DNA of 64,000 bases, taken from NCBI GenBank assembly GCA_039819225.1, contig JBCBSN010000001.1:1969-65968 (forward strand). Reading direction: 5' to 3'. The notes under the pieces are model-generated. The model had not been told where the DNA came from. It did not search any database and saw nothing but the letters and a program-made list of their open reading frames with translations. The stretch comes from Bacteroidota bacterium. Lineage in GTDB: Bacteria > Bacteroidota > Bacteroidia > Flavobacteriales > Flavobacteriaceae. Below, in pieces: positions 28,944 to 38,727 of this stretch. Every line of letters begins with the position of its first letter. Positions within the stretch are counted from its first letter, which is position 1. Position numbers and translations under genes: made by a program.

Positions 28944-30212
28944 ATGGAGCGGTATTTTTTTACAATAGCTTTTCTTTTGGTAGCAACCGGTACTTGGGCA
29001 CAAGCATATACCTGGCCAAAAGCGGCACCGGCAACGGTGGGTATGTCCGAGGCACGCCTATCACGGCTTGACCGAATGTTGGAAAATGCGGTGAAGGAAA
29101 ACCAAATCCCAGGTGCGGTGGCCCTGATCGCCAGAAAGGGAAAACTGGTTTATCTCAAATCCCTTGGGCACTCCAATGATTCAGGGGAACCCTTGAAGAC
29201 CTCGGACATCTTCAGGATGGCTTCACAGACCAAGGCCGTTACGGCTACCGCTGTAATGATGTTATGGGAAGAAGGACATTTTTCCCTCGACGATCCCATT
29301 TCGAAATGGATTCCGGAATTTCAGAATCCAGGGATACTGGACTCGCTTTATGTGGATGGATCCTACACTACCAGCCCCGCCAATAAGGAGATTACCATTA
29401 GGCATTTAATTACACATACTTCGGGAATGGGATACGGGGTTATCGATGCTGATGAACGTTTCGGAAGAATGTATCAGGGTGCCGGGGCAACCGAGCTTTT
29501 TACCACTGAGGATATCACTATAAAAGAGAGTGTTGAAAAAATGGCCTCCTTGCCGTTGCACCACCACCCCGGCGATAAGTTTACCTATAGCGTGGGTCTC
29601 GATGTCTTGGGCTACTTTATTGAAATCATTTCTGGGATGCCCCTTGATGATTTTTTTAGGACCAGAATCTTTGAGCCGTTGGGGATGGAGGATACGCATT
29701 TTTATCTGCCCGAGAATAAAACTTCCAGATTAGTTCAGGTGCAGACCAAGGAAAACGGGCAGTGGAAACCTTTGGATGGCGGGTTTTATGACGTGGATTA
29801 TCCCAAAAAGGGAGCTCAAACTTTCTTTTCAGGGGGTGCGGGCCTGTCGGGAACGGCCGAGGACTATGCGAAATTTCTACAGATGTACCTCAATATGGGC
29901 GAGTTTAATGGAAAAAGGATTTTAAGCCGGAAAACCGTGGAATTGATTATGGCCAACCAGTTCGAGCATTTATGGCCCAACGATGGTAAATTCTATGGAC
30001 TGGCCTTCAGTATTGTCAATGAAGAGGGAAAGTCGATTGGGGGTCTGGGTAGCGAGGGCACTTTTGATTGGGGCGGATATTTCAACACCAAATACTTCGC
30101 CGATCCCAGCGAAGGCCTTATCGGAATTTTGATGAAACAGACATACGATATTGGCCCGGATCCCACGACCGAAAAATTTATGAGACTGGTTTTTCAAGCC
30201 ATTGACGATTAA
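28944..30212 (+). CDS. Serine hydrolase, beta-lactamase/class C esterase fold
   Basis: FRMASQTK (SxxK), LITHTSG, FTYS, FDWGG; signal peptide. Confidence 0.9.
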   Translation: MERYFFTIAFLLVATGTWAQAYTWPKAAPATVGMSEARLSRLDRMLENAVKENQIPGAVALIARKGKLVYLKSLGHSNDSGEPLKTSDIFRMASQTKAVTATAVMMLWEEGHFSLDDPISKWIPEFQNPGILDSLYVDGSYTTSPANKEITIRHLITHTSGMGYGVIDADERFGRMYQGAGATELFTTEDITIKESVEKMASLPLHHHPGDKFTYSVGLDVLGYFIEIISGMPLDDFFRTRIFEPLGMEDTHFYLPENKTSRLVQVQTKENGQWKPLDGGFYDVDYPKKGAQTFFSGGAGLSGTAEDYAKFLQMYLNMGEFNGKRILSRKTVELIMANQFEHLWPNDGKFYGLAFSIVNEEGKSIGGLGSEGTFDWGGYFNTKYFADPSEGLIGILMKQTYDIGPDPTTEKFMRLVFQAIDD

Positions 30213-30225
30213 AACGACATTAATT

Positions 30226-32193
30226 ATGAAAGGAAGTCCAATAGTTTACACGCTTCTGCTGGCCTCAATGGGGGCCTTGGGGTTGCAATGCACCTCGGTA
30301 AAACAGGAGAACGGCATAAAAAATTATGGCAAGTTAGAAAAAGCCAAGATTACGGAGATTGACCCGGAGGGTTGGATAGCGGAATTCCTCACCAGGCAGA
30401 AAAGTGGCCTTAGCGGTAATATAGCCAACTCAGGATATCCCTACAACACCTGTCATTGGGCCTGCCCTAAGATGGAGGGGTCCACTAAAGCCTGGTGGCC
30501 CTATGAGCAAACCTCCTATTATTTGGACGGAATCAATCGATTGGGGCTTTTGCTCGGGGATAGTGAGCTTCTTGGGATTGTGGAAAAAAATACAGAATAC
30601 GTAGAAGCAAATGTAGATTCCACCGGGCGATTTGGAACAAATCTACAGGATAGGTGGTGGCGTTGGCCCTACGCAAGCTTCAACAGAATTTACATGACCA
30701 ACTATGAAACCTCGGGAGATACGGAAATAATCTCCCTTTTGGCCGACCATTACAAAACTTTTGGGCATGAGGACTTCTGTGATGATTTAGAGCTTGCAAA
30801 CGTTGAACAGCTCTGTTGGCTTTATGAAAAGACAGGGGACGAAACGTTTATAAAAATGGGCGAAGATGCCTATGCGCGTTTCAAGTCCGATGTTACATAC
30901 AGAAACAGATTGGACAGTGATATTCAGTTTGCGGCGGATCGGGTACCGGACCACCATGGGGTAGTGTATTTGGAACTGGTGAAAATTCCGGCACTGCTAT
31001 ATAAGTATACCGGGAATGAAAATTACTTGGAAGAGTCCCTAAACGGGATCAAAAAAATGGAGCTACATCATATGCTGGTTTCGGGACTACCAAGCACTAC
31101 CGAGCATTTTGACGGGATTTCCGAGGTGGCTGGCCATGAAACCTGCAATACGGCCGTTTTTCCCCATACCTATGGATACCTGATGCGAATATCCGGGGAA
31201 TCTTGGTTAGGAGATCGAATAGAAAGAGCGGTTTTCAATGCCGGTATGGGTGCTGTGACCAAGGATTTTAAGGCACATCAATATTTTTCGGCACCCAATC
31301 AGGTTTTGGCAACAACAGATTCCAATCCCTTTGGACATCATCCCACAAGAATGGCGTATGCTCCGGGGCATGATGTAGAATGTTGTACGGGCAATGTAAA
31401 CCGGTTTATGCCCTATTATGTGGAACAAATGTGGGCAAAATCCAAGGACAATGGGCTGGTGGCCGCGCTCTATGGACCTTCCGTAATTTCAACCAAAGTG
31501 GGAAAGGACAATAGGGAAGTGACCATTAAGGAGATTACCGGGTATCCATTTTCAGAGCGTATAACATTTGAAATTTCAATGGACCACGATGAGGCAAATT
31601 TTCCGTTTTCCATGAGGATTCCCCAGTGGGCACAGGTCGCTAAAGTAACGATCAATGGGGCAGAAATTGAAGGCGAAGTACCTGCCGGGACTTTTTTTAG
31701 ACTGGAAAGGAGTTTCAAGTCCGGTGACATCATTGAATTGGAGCTTCCCATGGAAATCAGAACCAGCACATGGCCAAATAACGGACTTGCGGTAGAAAGA
31801 GGTCCCCTGGTCTTTAGTCTTACCCTGTCCGCTAAAAAAGATACCATCGCCAACTATGAAAGATCCACAGAGAGCTTTCCGGCTTATACTATGGTACCTA
31901 CCACGGAATGGCGCTATGGGCTTAGGAATGGCAATTTGGATTTTGAATTGGTTCAAAATGAAAATAAAGGATACCCTTGGGATAGGTCCAATTCGCCCCT
32001 AAAGATCAAGGTCAAGGGATTTAAGGCCAAAGGTTGGGACCTTCATACCTATTTTGACGAGCGTGTTGACAAGGAGATCACCACAACGCCAAGCTTTCCG
32101 GATAAAATCGATTTAGAGGATACGCCCAATGAATTGGAATTGGTCCCCTATGGTGCAACCACTTTAAGGCTAACTGTTTTTCCAACAATGTAA
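30226..32193 (+). CDS. GH127-like cysteine glycosidase #2
   Basis: ATG 30226 is preferred over the track start 30202. Lipobox GLQC; WWPYEQT, TTEHF, HETCN, ECCTGN, ERGPLV, ELVPYG. Confidence 0.85.
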   Translation: MKGSPIVYTLLLASMGALGLQCTSVKQENGIKNYGKLEKAKITEIDPEGWIAEFLTRQKSGLSGNIANSGYPYNTCHWACPKMEGSTKAWWPYEQTSYYLDGINRLGLLLGDSELLGIVEKNTEYVEANVDSTGRFGTNLQDRWWRWPYASFNRIYMTNYETSGDTEIISLLADHYKTFGHEDFCDDLELANVEQLCWLYEKTGDETFIKMGEDAYARFKSDVTYRNRLDSDIQFAADRVPDHHGVVYLELVKIPALLYKYTGNENYLEESLNGIKKMELHHMLVSGLPSTTEHFDGISEVAGHETCNTAVFPHTYGYLMRISGESWLGDRIERAVFNAGMGAVTKDFKAHQYFSAPNQVLATTDSNPFGHHPTRMAYAPGHDVECCTGNVNRFMPYYVEQMWAKSKDNGLVAALYGPSVISTKVGKDNREVTIKEITGYPFSERITFEISMDHDEANFPFSMRIPQWAQVAKVTINGAEIEGEVPAGTFFRLERSFKSGDIIELELPMEIRTSTWPNNGLAVERGPLVFSLTLSAKKDTIANYERSTESFPAYTMVPTTEWRYGLRNGNLDFELVQNENKGYPWDRSNSPLKIKVKGFKAKGWDLHTYFDERVDKEITTTPSFPDKIDLEDTPNELELVPYGATTLRLTVFPTM

Positions 32194-32300
32194 TCTCATC
32201 TAAATGGTTTGCTGTCAAAAGGAAATTTTAATATGAATAATATCCACACATTAAAAGAAGGCTTTGAATAACCCAAATGGCAAAGGAGTTCGAGGCCAGA

Positions 32301-32608
32301 GACCGAGCGAAGCGACCGATGAATACCCGGAAAACAAAAAGATCATGAAAAAATTTTCAAGCGCAGTTAACTCAGGGTGTACGACAAATTTCCGGTTTTG
32401 GGCATAAACTCTCTTTTTTTGGACTTCTTTTCCATGAAAAGACCCCACCCAGCCTCCCCGCCTTTGGCGGGAGGAGTTTACCTCCTTCGGAGGGATTAAG
32501 GGAGGTCAAATATCAGGCTACGGAAATTTGTCGTACACCGGTTAACTTGCTGTTAATGAGCATTTAAAATCTCTAATAACGAAGACCGAGCAGAGCGACC
32601 GATGAACA
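32301..32608. repeat. Nested repeat cassette between GH127 paralogs: direct repeat - inverted repeat - REP doublet - inverted repeat - direct repeat
   Basis: DR gaccgagcgaagcgaccgatgaata (32301-32325) / gaccgagcagagcgaccgatgaaca (32584-32608). Perfect 19-bp IR ggtgtacgacaaatttccg (32376-32394) / cggaaatttgtcgtacacc (32521-32539). GC-rich hairpin doublet at 32441-32507. Confidence 0.75.
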
Positions 32609-32711
32609 CTTAAGCAATAAAATTGAGTGAATAAATCCAAAGCCATTTGGAGAAAATGTAGGAAAAATCGAAGTTATTCAAAGCCTTCTAAAATCAAGAA
32701 TTCAATTAGTT

Positions 32712-34760
32712 ATGGAACACAAAATAGGGATGACCGTTAGTGGTGTAATAAAAGGTATTGTGGTACTACTTTCTTTACTCTGTATGAGTTGTGGGGAAAC
32801 TACGGAAGTAGATGTGGTAAAGGCAAACGTAAAGTTCCACTTGGCGGAAAGAATATCCCAAACAAAACCAAAAGGTTGGATAGCGGAATTCTTGGCCATT
32901 CAGAAGCAAGGTTTAACGGGGAATATTGAGGAGGCCGGATATCCATTTGACACAAAAATGTGGATGGAAAGGATCGAATTGGATGAAACCACACAATTGG
33001 AAAGGGATAGGAGCCCGGGATTTAATGAATATGAAGAGGATCCAGGCGTGTTTTGGTGGCCTTATGAACAGACTGGATATTATCTGGATGGGGCTATAAA
33101 AGCGGGGTATTTGATACAGGATGATTTTTTGATTGACCGAGTGAAGGAGCAAATAGCACATTTGATGGCAAACCCCATGGAAAATGGTAGGCTTGCGCCA
33201 GCCAAATTGATCGGTAGATGGAATAAATGGCCTTACACCGGAATGTTCAGGGCATTTGTGACCGAGTATGAAGAATCCAAAGATCCAAGAATAATCGAGG
33301 CCATGCACAAGCATTACTTGAGTTACAGTGCGGAAGATTTTCAAGATGAACTGGACTTGGCGAACGTTGAGCATTTATGCTGGCTTTTTGAAAAAACAAA
33401 GGACAGCACCTTGTTGAACATGGCCGAATTGTCCTATAAACTATTTAAATCCGATATAAAAAATAGGAGAAGAACAGAAAATGATGATATCGTATTTGCA
33501 TCGGACAGAATTCCAGATCAGCATGGTGTAGTGTATTATGAGCTTGTGAAGATACCTGCCATATTGTACGTAGCAACCGGGAAAAAAGAATACCTACAAG
33601 AATCTGAACACGGTATAGAGAAGATACATGACAATTTTATGCTTCCGTCCGGACATCCGAGCACTACGGAACACTTTAAGCCGGTTTCTGAAAGAGCCGG
33701 TCATGAGACGTGTAACTATTCCACCCTACCGTACGCGTATGGGTATATGTTGAGAACTACCGGGGATCCCGTTTGGGCCGATAGAATTGAAAAATCCGCA
33801 TTCAATGCCGCTTTAGGGGCCATAACAAAAGATTTTAAGGCCCATCAGTATTTTTCATCTCCCAATCAAATGATCGCCACGCACGATTCTAGCCATTTTG
33901 GATATTATCCGGAATTTACGGCCTACGACCCGGGAAAACCGGTGGCATGTTGCACAGGGAACATAAACCGTTTTATGCCATACTACGCCATGCAATTGTG
34001 GATGAAAACAAATACGAACGGGGTAGCCCTTGCACTGTATGGGCCTTCGGAATTTGTGACCGCCGTTGGTAGCCAAAAGGTAAATGTCCACTTTAGTGAA
34101 AAAACGGATTATCCGTTTGATGAAAAGATTACAATCGAGGTAAATCCTGATCGGAGGGTTAGGTTTGGACTACGTTTAAGAATCCCCTCTTGGTGTTCCG
34201 ACCCTTCTATTGAAGTTAATGGGGAAGTAGTTGATGGTGTAGTGCCAGGTTCCTTTTTTGAGTTGAACAGAACCTTTGATAAAGGAGATGTGGTGCAACT
34301 TAATTTTCCCATGGAAATTGAAATTAAAAAATGGCCTTTTGGAGCTTTTTCAGTAGAGCGGGGTCCATTGGTCTACAGCTTGCCGATAGCGCATTCGGTT
34401 AAAATCGAAAAGGATTATGACAAAGGATCCGAAGCGTTCCCGGCAATGTCGCTTTCACCTGTTTCGGACTGGCAGTACTTGCCGGATGTTTCTAGATTAG
34501 ATGATATTCAAGTAGTCAAATCGGAGGTTCATGGATATCCTTGGACTTTACAAAATACCCCGATCAAATTGAAGCTTTGGGCGAACAAAATAGAAAACTG
34601 GAATCTGAAAGAAGTGATAACGGAAGACGGGGAAAAGACAGTTTTGCAAACCCCTGAATTTCCGGATAGTTTGATGTTGGCAGAAAAGAGAGAGTTGATC
34701 GAACTTGTACCTTATGGCACTACCCTTCTAAGGGTTACGGCATTCCCTGATAGTAAATAG
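32712..34760 (+). CDS. GH127-like cysteine glycosidase #3 (close paralog of #2)
   Basis: Lipobox CMSC; WWPYEQT, TTEHF, HETCN, ACCTGN, KDFKAHQYFS, ELVPYG shared with #2. Confidence 0.85.
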   Translation: MEHKIGMTVSGVIKGIVVLLSLLCMSCGETTEVDVVKANVKFHLAERISQTKPKGWIAEFLAIQKQGLTGNIEEAGYPFDTKMWMERIELDETTQLERDRSPGFNEYEEDPGVFWWPYEQTGYYLDGAIKAGYLIQDDFLIDRVKEQIAHLMANPMENGRLAPAKLIGRWNKWPYTGMFRAFVTEYEESKDPRIIEAMHKHYLSYSAEDFQDELDLANVEHLCWLFEKTKDSTLLNMAELSYKLFKSDIKNRRRTENDDIVFASDRIPDQHGVVYYELVKIPAILYVATGKKEYLQESEHGIEKIHDNFMLPSGHPSTTEHFKPVSERAGHETCNYSTLPYAYGYMLRTTGDPVWADRIEKSAFNAALGAITKDFKAHQYFSSPNQMIATHDSSHFGYYPEFTAYDPGKPVACCTGNINRFMPYYAMQLWMKTNTNGVALALYGPSEFVTAVGSQKVNVHFSEKTDYPFDEKITIEVNPDRRVRFGLRLRIPSWCSDPSIEVNGEVVDGVVPGSFFELNRTFDKGDVVQLNFPMEIEIKKWPFGAFSVERGPLVYSLPIAHSVKIEKDYDKGSEAFPAMSLSPVSDWQYLPDVSRLDDIQVVKSEVHGYPWTLQNTPIKLKLWANKIENWNLKEVITEDGEKTVLQTPEFPDSLMLAEKRELIELVPYGTTLLRVTAFPDSK

Positions 34761-34853
34761 GGTGTTATGGGCAAATTGGAAAGAACCCGTTCTATGGTCC
34801 CCGCACGTTAAGACTGCCCATTTTTTCGAAGATTTCAAAGAAGTAATCCATTT

Positions 34854-36287
34854 ATGAAAAAGCAAACAGAAAACGGTAAGAAAAATAATTTCACCCTGAT
34901 CTTCGTAAGTGCCATTGCCGCCTTGGGCGGTTTTCTATTTGGTTATGATACAGGTGTTATCAATGGCACCCAATTCTTTTTCAGCAAGTTTTTTGAATTG
35001 AGTCCAGCCACAAAAGGTTGGGTGGTGGGCAGTGCCCTGCTAGGCTGTTTTGCCGGGGCTCTGGTTTCCGGACCTTTGAGCAGGATGTACGGCAGAAAAG
35101 TATCGCTGATCTTGTCCGCGTTACTTTTTACCATTTCCGCGTGGGGCTCGGGGCTTCCCTCATTTTTACCACAGGCGGTGCCAATGCTGGTGGTATTCCG
35201 GATAATCGGTGGCCTTGGGATAGGGATAGCCTCTATGAACGCTCCCATGTACATCGCCGAGCTTTCTCCGGCCAATATCCGTGGTAAAATGGTCACCTTG
35301 TACCAAATGGCCGTTGTTCTCGGATTTTTTATCGTGTTCCTGGTTACCTACCAAATTGGTGCCGACAAAACCGAAGCCCATAATATAGCCCAAGGTTGGC
35401 GGATCATGTTCTGGTCGGAACTGGTGCCCTGCATCCTCTTTTTAATACTGCTTTTCTTTGTTCCTAAGAGCCCTCGATGGCTTTTGATGAAAAAAAAGGA
35501 AGAAGCCTCTATAAAGGTTTTGGCAAAAATACACGGTCTCCAAAATGCCAAGGTTACGGCTGCAGAAATCAAGGAATCCCTAAAGGAGAACAAGGCCCTA
35601 AAATTCCGCCATATTTGGGGCAAGAGTATTCTGCCCATTATTGGTATCGGCGTCGCTTTCTCTTTTTTACAGCAGTTTACGGGAATAAATGCGGTACTCT
35701 ACTATGGGTCGGATATTTTTGAAAAAGCCCTTGGGTTTGGCCAGGAAGATGTATTGGCACAGCAGATATTGTTGGCCGGTGTAAATGTATTGTTCACAGT
35801 TGTGGCCATGGCCACTGTGGATAAATGGGGAAGAAAACCATTAGTCATCTACGGGTCTTTCGGGATGCTTTTGGGATTTGCCCTCTTGGGCATTACCATT
35901 ATGACGGACACCGTAGGGCTTCTTTCATTGATCGGGATATTGTTGTTCGTTGGGGCCTTTGCCATGTCCATGGGGCCCGTGGTATGGGTGATTCTTTCGG
36001 AGATGTTCCCCAATAACATTCGGGCCATAGGCATGTCCATTGCCGTAGCTGCCCAATGGGCCGCCAATTATCTGGTTTCCCAGAGTTTTCCCATAATCGC
36101 GGAGAGCAAATTGAATACGGAGGGGATTTGGAACGGTGCCTTACCTTATTTCCTGTTTATGTTCTTTATTGTTTTGATAATTTGGTTTATGAAAAAGCGG
36201 ATGCCGGAGACCAAGGGAAAGACCTTGGAGGAAATAGAAAGTATTTGGATCGGTCGATATGGAAAATATGACGAGGAGAAAACGTAA
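34854..36287 (+). CDS. MFS sugar porter (XylE/GalP-like)
   Basis: GGFLFGYDTGVING, MYGRK, PMYIAE, PKSPRWL, QQFTGINAVLYY, DKWGRK, PETKGKTLEEIE. Confidence 0.93.
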   Translation: MKKQTENGKKNNFTLIFVSAIAALGGFLFGYDTGVINGTQFFFSKFFELSPATKGWVVGSALLGCFAGALVSGPLSRMYGRKVSLILSALLFTISAWGSGLPSFLPQAVPMLVVFRIIGGLGIGIASMNAPMYIAELSPANIRGKMVTLYQMAVVLGFFIVFLVTYQIGADKTEAHNIAQGWRIMFWSELVPCILFLILLFFVPKSPRWLLMKKKEEASIKVLAKIHGLQNAKVTAAEIKESLKENKALKFRHIWGKSILPIIGIGVAFSFLQQFTGINAVLYYGSDIFEKALGFGQEDVLAQQILLAGVNVLFTVVAMATVDKWGRKPLVIYGSFGMLLGFALLGITIMTDTVGLLSLIGILLFVGAFAMSMGPVVWVILSEMFPNNIRAIGMSIAVAAQWAANYLVSQSFPIIAESKLNTEGIWNGALPYFLFMFFIVLIIWFMKKRMPETKGKTLEEIESIWIGRYGKYDEEKT

Positions 36288-36308
36288 TTTAGCGGTAAAA
36301 TCAGCTCT

Positions 36309-37520
36309 ATGAAAATCGTAAATGCCGAAGTTATTATTTGTTCGCCCGGAAGAAATTTTGTCACCCTTAAAATAGAGACGGATCAGGGTATCTATGGTCT
36401 TGGTGATGCTACTTTGAACGGACGGGAACTTGCGGTGGCCACCTACTTAAAGGAGCATCTGATTCCCTGTATTCTAGATCGAGATCCCTTTGATACCGAG
36501 GATATCTGGCAATACCTCTACCGTGGGGTGTATTGGCGAAGAGGCGCCGTAAATATGACCGCGATTGGGGCAATCGATATGGCTTTGTGGGACATTAAGG
36601 GAAAGGCCCTAGGAGTGCCCGTCCACGCCCTGATCGGGGGCAAAAGCAGGCATAAATTATTGACCTATACCCACGCACAGGGCAAGGATAGAGCCGAGAC
36701 CTTGGAAAAAATATCGGAAACCATAAGCAAGGGATTCAAGGCCGTACGGGTACAGTCCGGCGTACCGGGAATTGAAAAGATGTATGGCATTGCCAAGGGT
36801 GTGGGGTCTTATGAACCGGCTTCCCAGGGAAAAAGGCCCGATGAGGAACAGTGGAGTACCGAAAAATACCTCAATTATCTGCCCGGGCTCTTTAATGAGG
36901 TTCGCAAGGAATTCGGTGAAGAGCTACATCTCCTGCACGATGCCCATCACCGGTTAACGCCCATTGAGGCCGCTAAGTTGGGGAAAAGCCTGGAACCGTA
37001 TCATTTGTTCTGGTTGGAGGATACCGTTCCTGCGGAACACCAACAGAATTTTGAATGGATACGGAAGCATACCACAACGCCATTGGCGGTGGGCGAGGTT
37101 TTTAACACCATTTATGATTGTCAGCATCTGATTACCCAACAGCTTATCGACTATATCCGTATGACGGTGGCCCATGGCGGCGGTCTAACCCCCATGTTAA
37201 AAATTGCCCATCTGGCGGAACTCTACGGTGTGCGTACGGGATGCCATGGCCCCTCGGATCTTTCGCCCGTAAATTTGGCGGCCTGTCTCCATTTTGGGAC
37301 GGCCATCAACAATTTCGGTATCCAGGAATATATGGGCTATGATCCGGTAACTATGGAAGTGTTCCAATTGGAACACCTATTTGAGGACGGATATTTCTAT
37401 CCGAGCGAAACCCCGGGGCTAGGCGTGGATATGGATTTGGAAAAGGCAGGGAAATATCCCTATAAACAGGCATTCCTCCCGGTAAACCGATTGGAGGACG
37501 GAACAATATATCATTGGTGA
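36309..37520 (+). CDS. manD: D-mannonate dehydratase subgroup enolase (ManD/RspA-like)
   Basis: ICSPGRNFVTLKI, GDATLNGRELAV, YWRRG, YEPA loop, HDAHHR, WLED, GCHGPSDLSP, PVNRLEDGT..W. Confidence 0.88.
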   Translation: MKIVNAEVIICSPGRNFVTLKIETDQGIYGLGDATLNGRELAVATYLKEHLIPCILDRDPFDTEDIWQYLYRGVYWRRGAVNMTAIGAIDMALWDIKGKALGVPVHALIGGKSRHKLLTYTHAQGKDRAETLEKISETISKGFKAVRVQSGVPGIEKMYGIAKGVGSYEPASQGKRPDEEQWSTEKYLNYLPGLFNEVRKEFGEELHLLHDAHHRLTPIEAAKLGKSLEPYHLFWLEDTVPAEHQQNFEWIRKHTTTPLAVGEVFNTIYDCQHLITQQLIDYIRMTVAHGGGLTPMLKIAHLAELYGVRTGCHGPSDLSPVNLAACLHFGTAINNFGIQEYMGYDPVTMEVFQLEHLFEDGYFYPSETPGLGVDMDLEKAGKYPYKQAFLPVNRLEDGTIYHW

Positions 37521-37604
37521 TATTTAAAGGTAAAAAGTAGCTACTAATAATTCTTGGTTCATATAGAATAGACGTAATGAATGTACGAAAGTTTGAATTT
37601 TGGG

Positions 37605-37757
37605 ATTGGCGGGGCGCAGAAATAACGAACAAAAGGCCGGAAGTGCGGTGCGCAGCACAACGCATGAAGGCCTGGGAGTGAGAGGTGCGCAGCAATTTCC
37701 TTGGCCCGCCTTGATTTTTTGTTTCGTTTTTCATCAAGGAAAAATGAAAAAGAAACC
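37605..37757. repeat. Structured intergenic repeat-like element
   Basis: ggcggg / cccgcc outer stem, gtgcggtgcgcagcacaacgcat inner hairpin, then a ccttgat..atcaagg hairpin with a ttttgtttcgtttt..aaaaatgaaaa tail. It resembles dispersed Bacteroidota intergenic repeats (recalled). Confidence 0.5.
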
Positions 37758-37910
37758 TCTAAAGAGCACAAATTTTGTCGAGCTATTTAGGGTTTTTCTG
37801 GGGTACATTTATGCCAATTATGAGAAATAAAAAAACTGATTTGGTTTTTCCAAGCCCCTCTAGTTGTTTTAAGGACCATATTATTAATTGTAATAATGAT
37901 TTTTAATTAA

Positions 37911-38693
37911 ATGAAAAGGTTTAAAGATAAATTTCTAGTAGTTACCGGAGCCTCCAAAACAGGAGGTGTTGGGGCCAGTGTGGCCAAACTTTTTGTGGAG
38001 GAAGGGGCAAGGGTCCTTATGTTGGATATGGATGCAGAAAGTGGAGCAGAACTGCAAGAGCAACTGGGGAACGGCACCCTTTTCCTAAAGTGCGATGTAA
38101 GCTCCGAGGAGTCCGTGGCTACCTGTGTGGAAAAAGGGATTCAAAAATTTGGAGGAGTGGACTATTTGGTCAATAATGCGGCTATTTTGGGGTATACCGC
38201 GGTACATGAAACTTCACTGGAAGAATGGAACCGGATTATGAACGTGAATGTCACCGGACAGTTTCTTTGTGCAAAACACGTTATCCCGAGTATGCTAAAA
38301 AGGGGCAAAGGGGCCATTGTGAACGTGGCCAGTGCCCAATCTTTTATGAGCCAAAAAAAAGTAGCGCCCTATGTTACCTCCAAAACCGCCATTTTAGGAT
38401 TGACCCGGAGTATGGCGGTAGATTATACGCCCAAAATTCGATGTAATGCCGTATGCCCCAGTACCATAGATACCCCCATGTTACACTGGGCCCTGGAACA
38501 ATCTCCTGATCCGGATGCGGTCATGCAAGAGTGTTTGGACATGCACCTCCTGAAGCGCATTGCCCGACCCGAGGAGATTGCCTCTTTGATCGCGTTCCTT
38601 TGTAGTGACGATGCCGCCAATATTACGGGACAATCGTTCAGAAGTGATGGGGGCATAGGACTATTGATCGAAGGAAGCAAACAGGACACCTAA
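37911..38693 (+). CDS. SDR family NAD-dependent oxidoreductase
   Basis: VVTGASKTGGVG glycine motif, acidic residue after beta-2 (LMLD), NNAA, YVTSK (YxxxK), IDTP. Confidence 0.9.
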   Translation: MKRFKDKFLVVTGASKTGGVGASVAKLFVEEGARVLMLDMDAESGAELQEQLGNGTLFLKCDVSSEESVATCVEKGIQKFGGVDYLVNNAAILGYTAVHETSLEEWNRIMNVNVTGQFLCAKHVIPSMLKRGKGAIVNVASAQSFMSQKKVAPYVTSKTAILGLTRSMAVDYTPKIRCNAVCPSTIDTPMLHWALEQSPDPDAVMQECLDMHLLKRIARPEEIASLIAFLCSDDAANITGQSFRSDGGIGLLIEGSKQDT

Positions 38694-38727
38694 TGTCAAT
38701 GGATTTGTACAGGGTAAAAATGAAAAC

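Noticed and set aside
32301-32608. Direct repeat pair as a possible mini-CRISPR
   Set aside because: Only two imperfect 25-nt copies about 260 nt apart, with no regular spacers and no cas genes.
37559-37830. 70-128 aa ORFs over the structured intergenic element
   Set aside because: Better explained as by-products of a repeat sequence.
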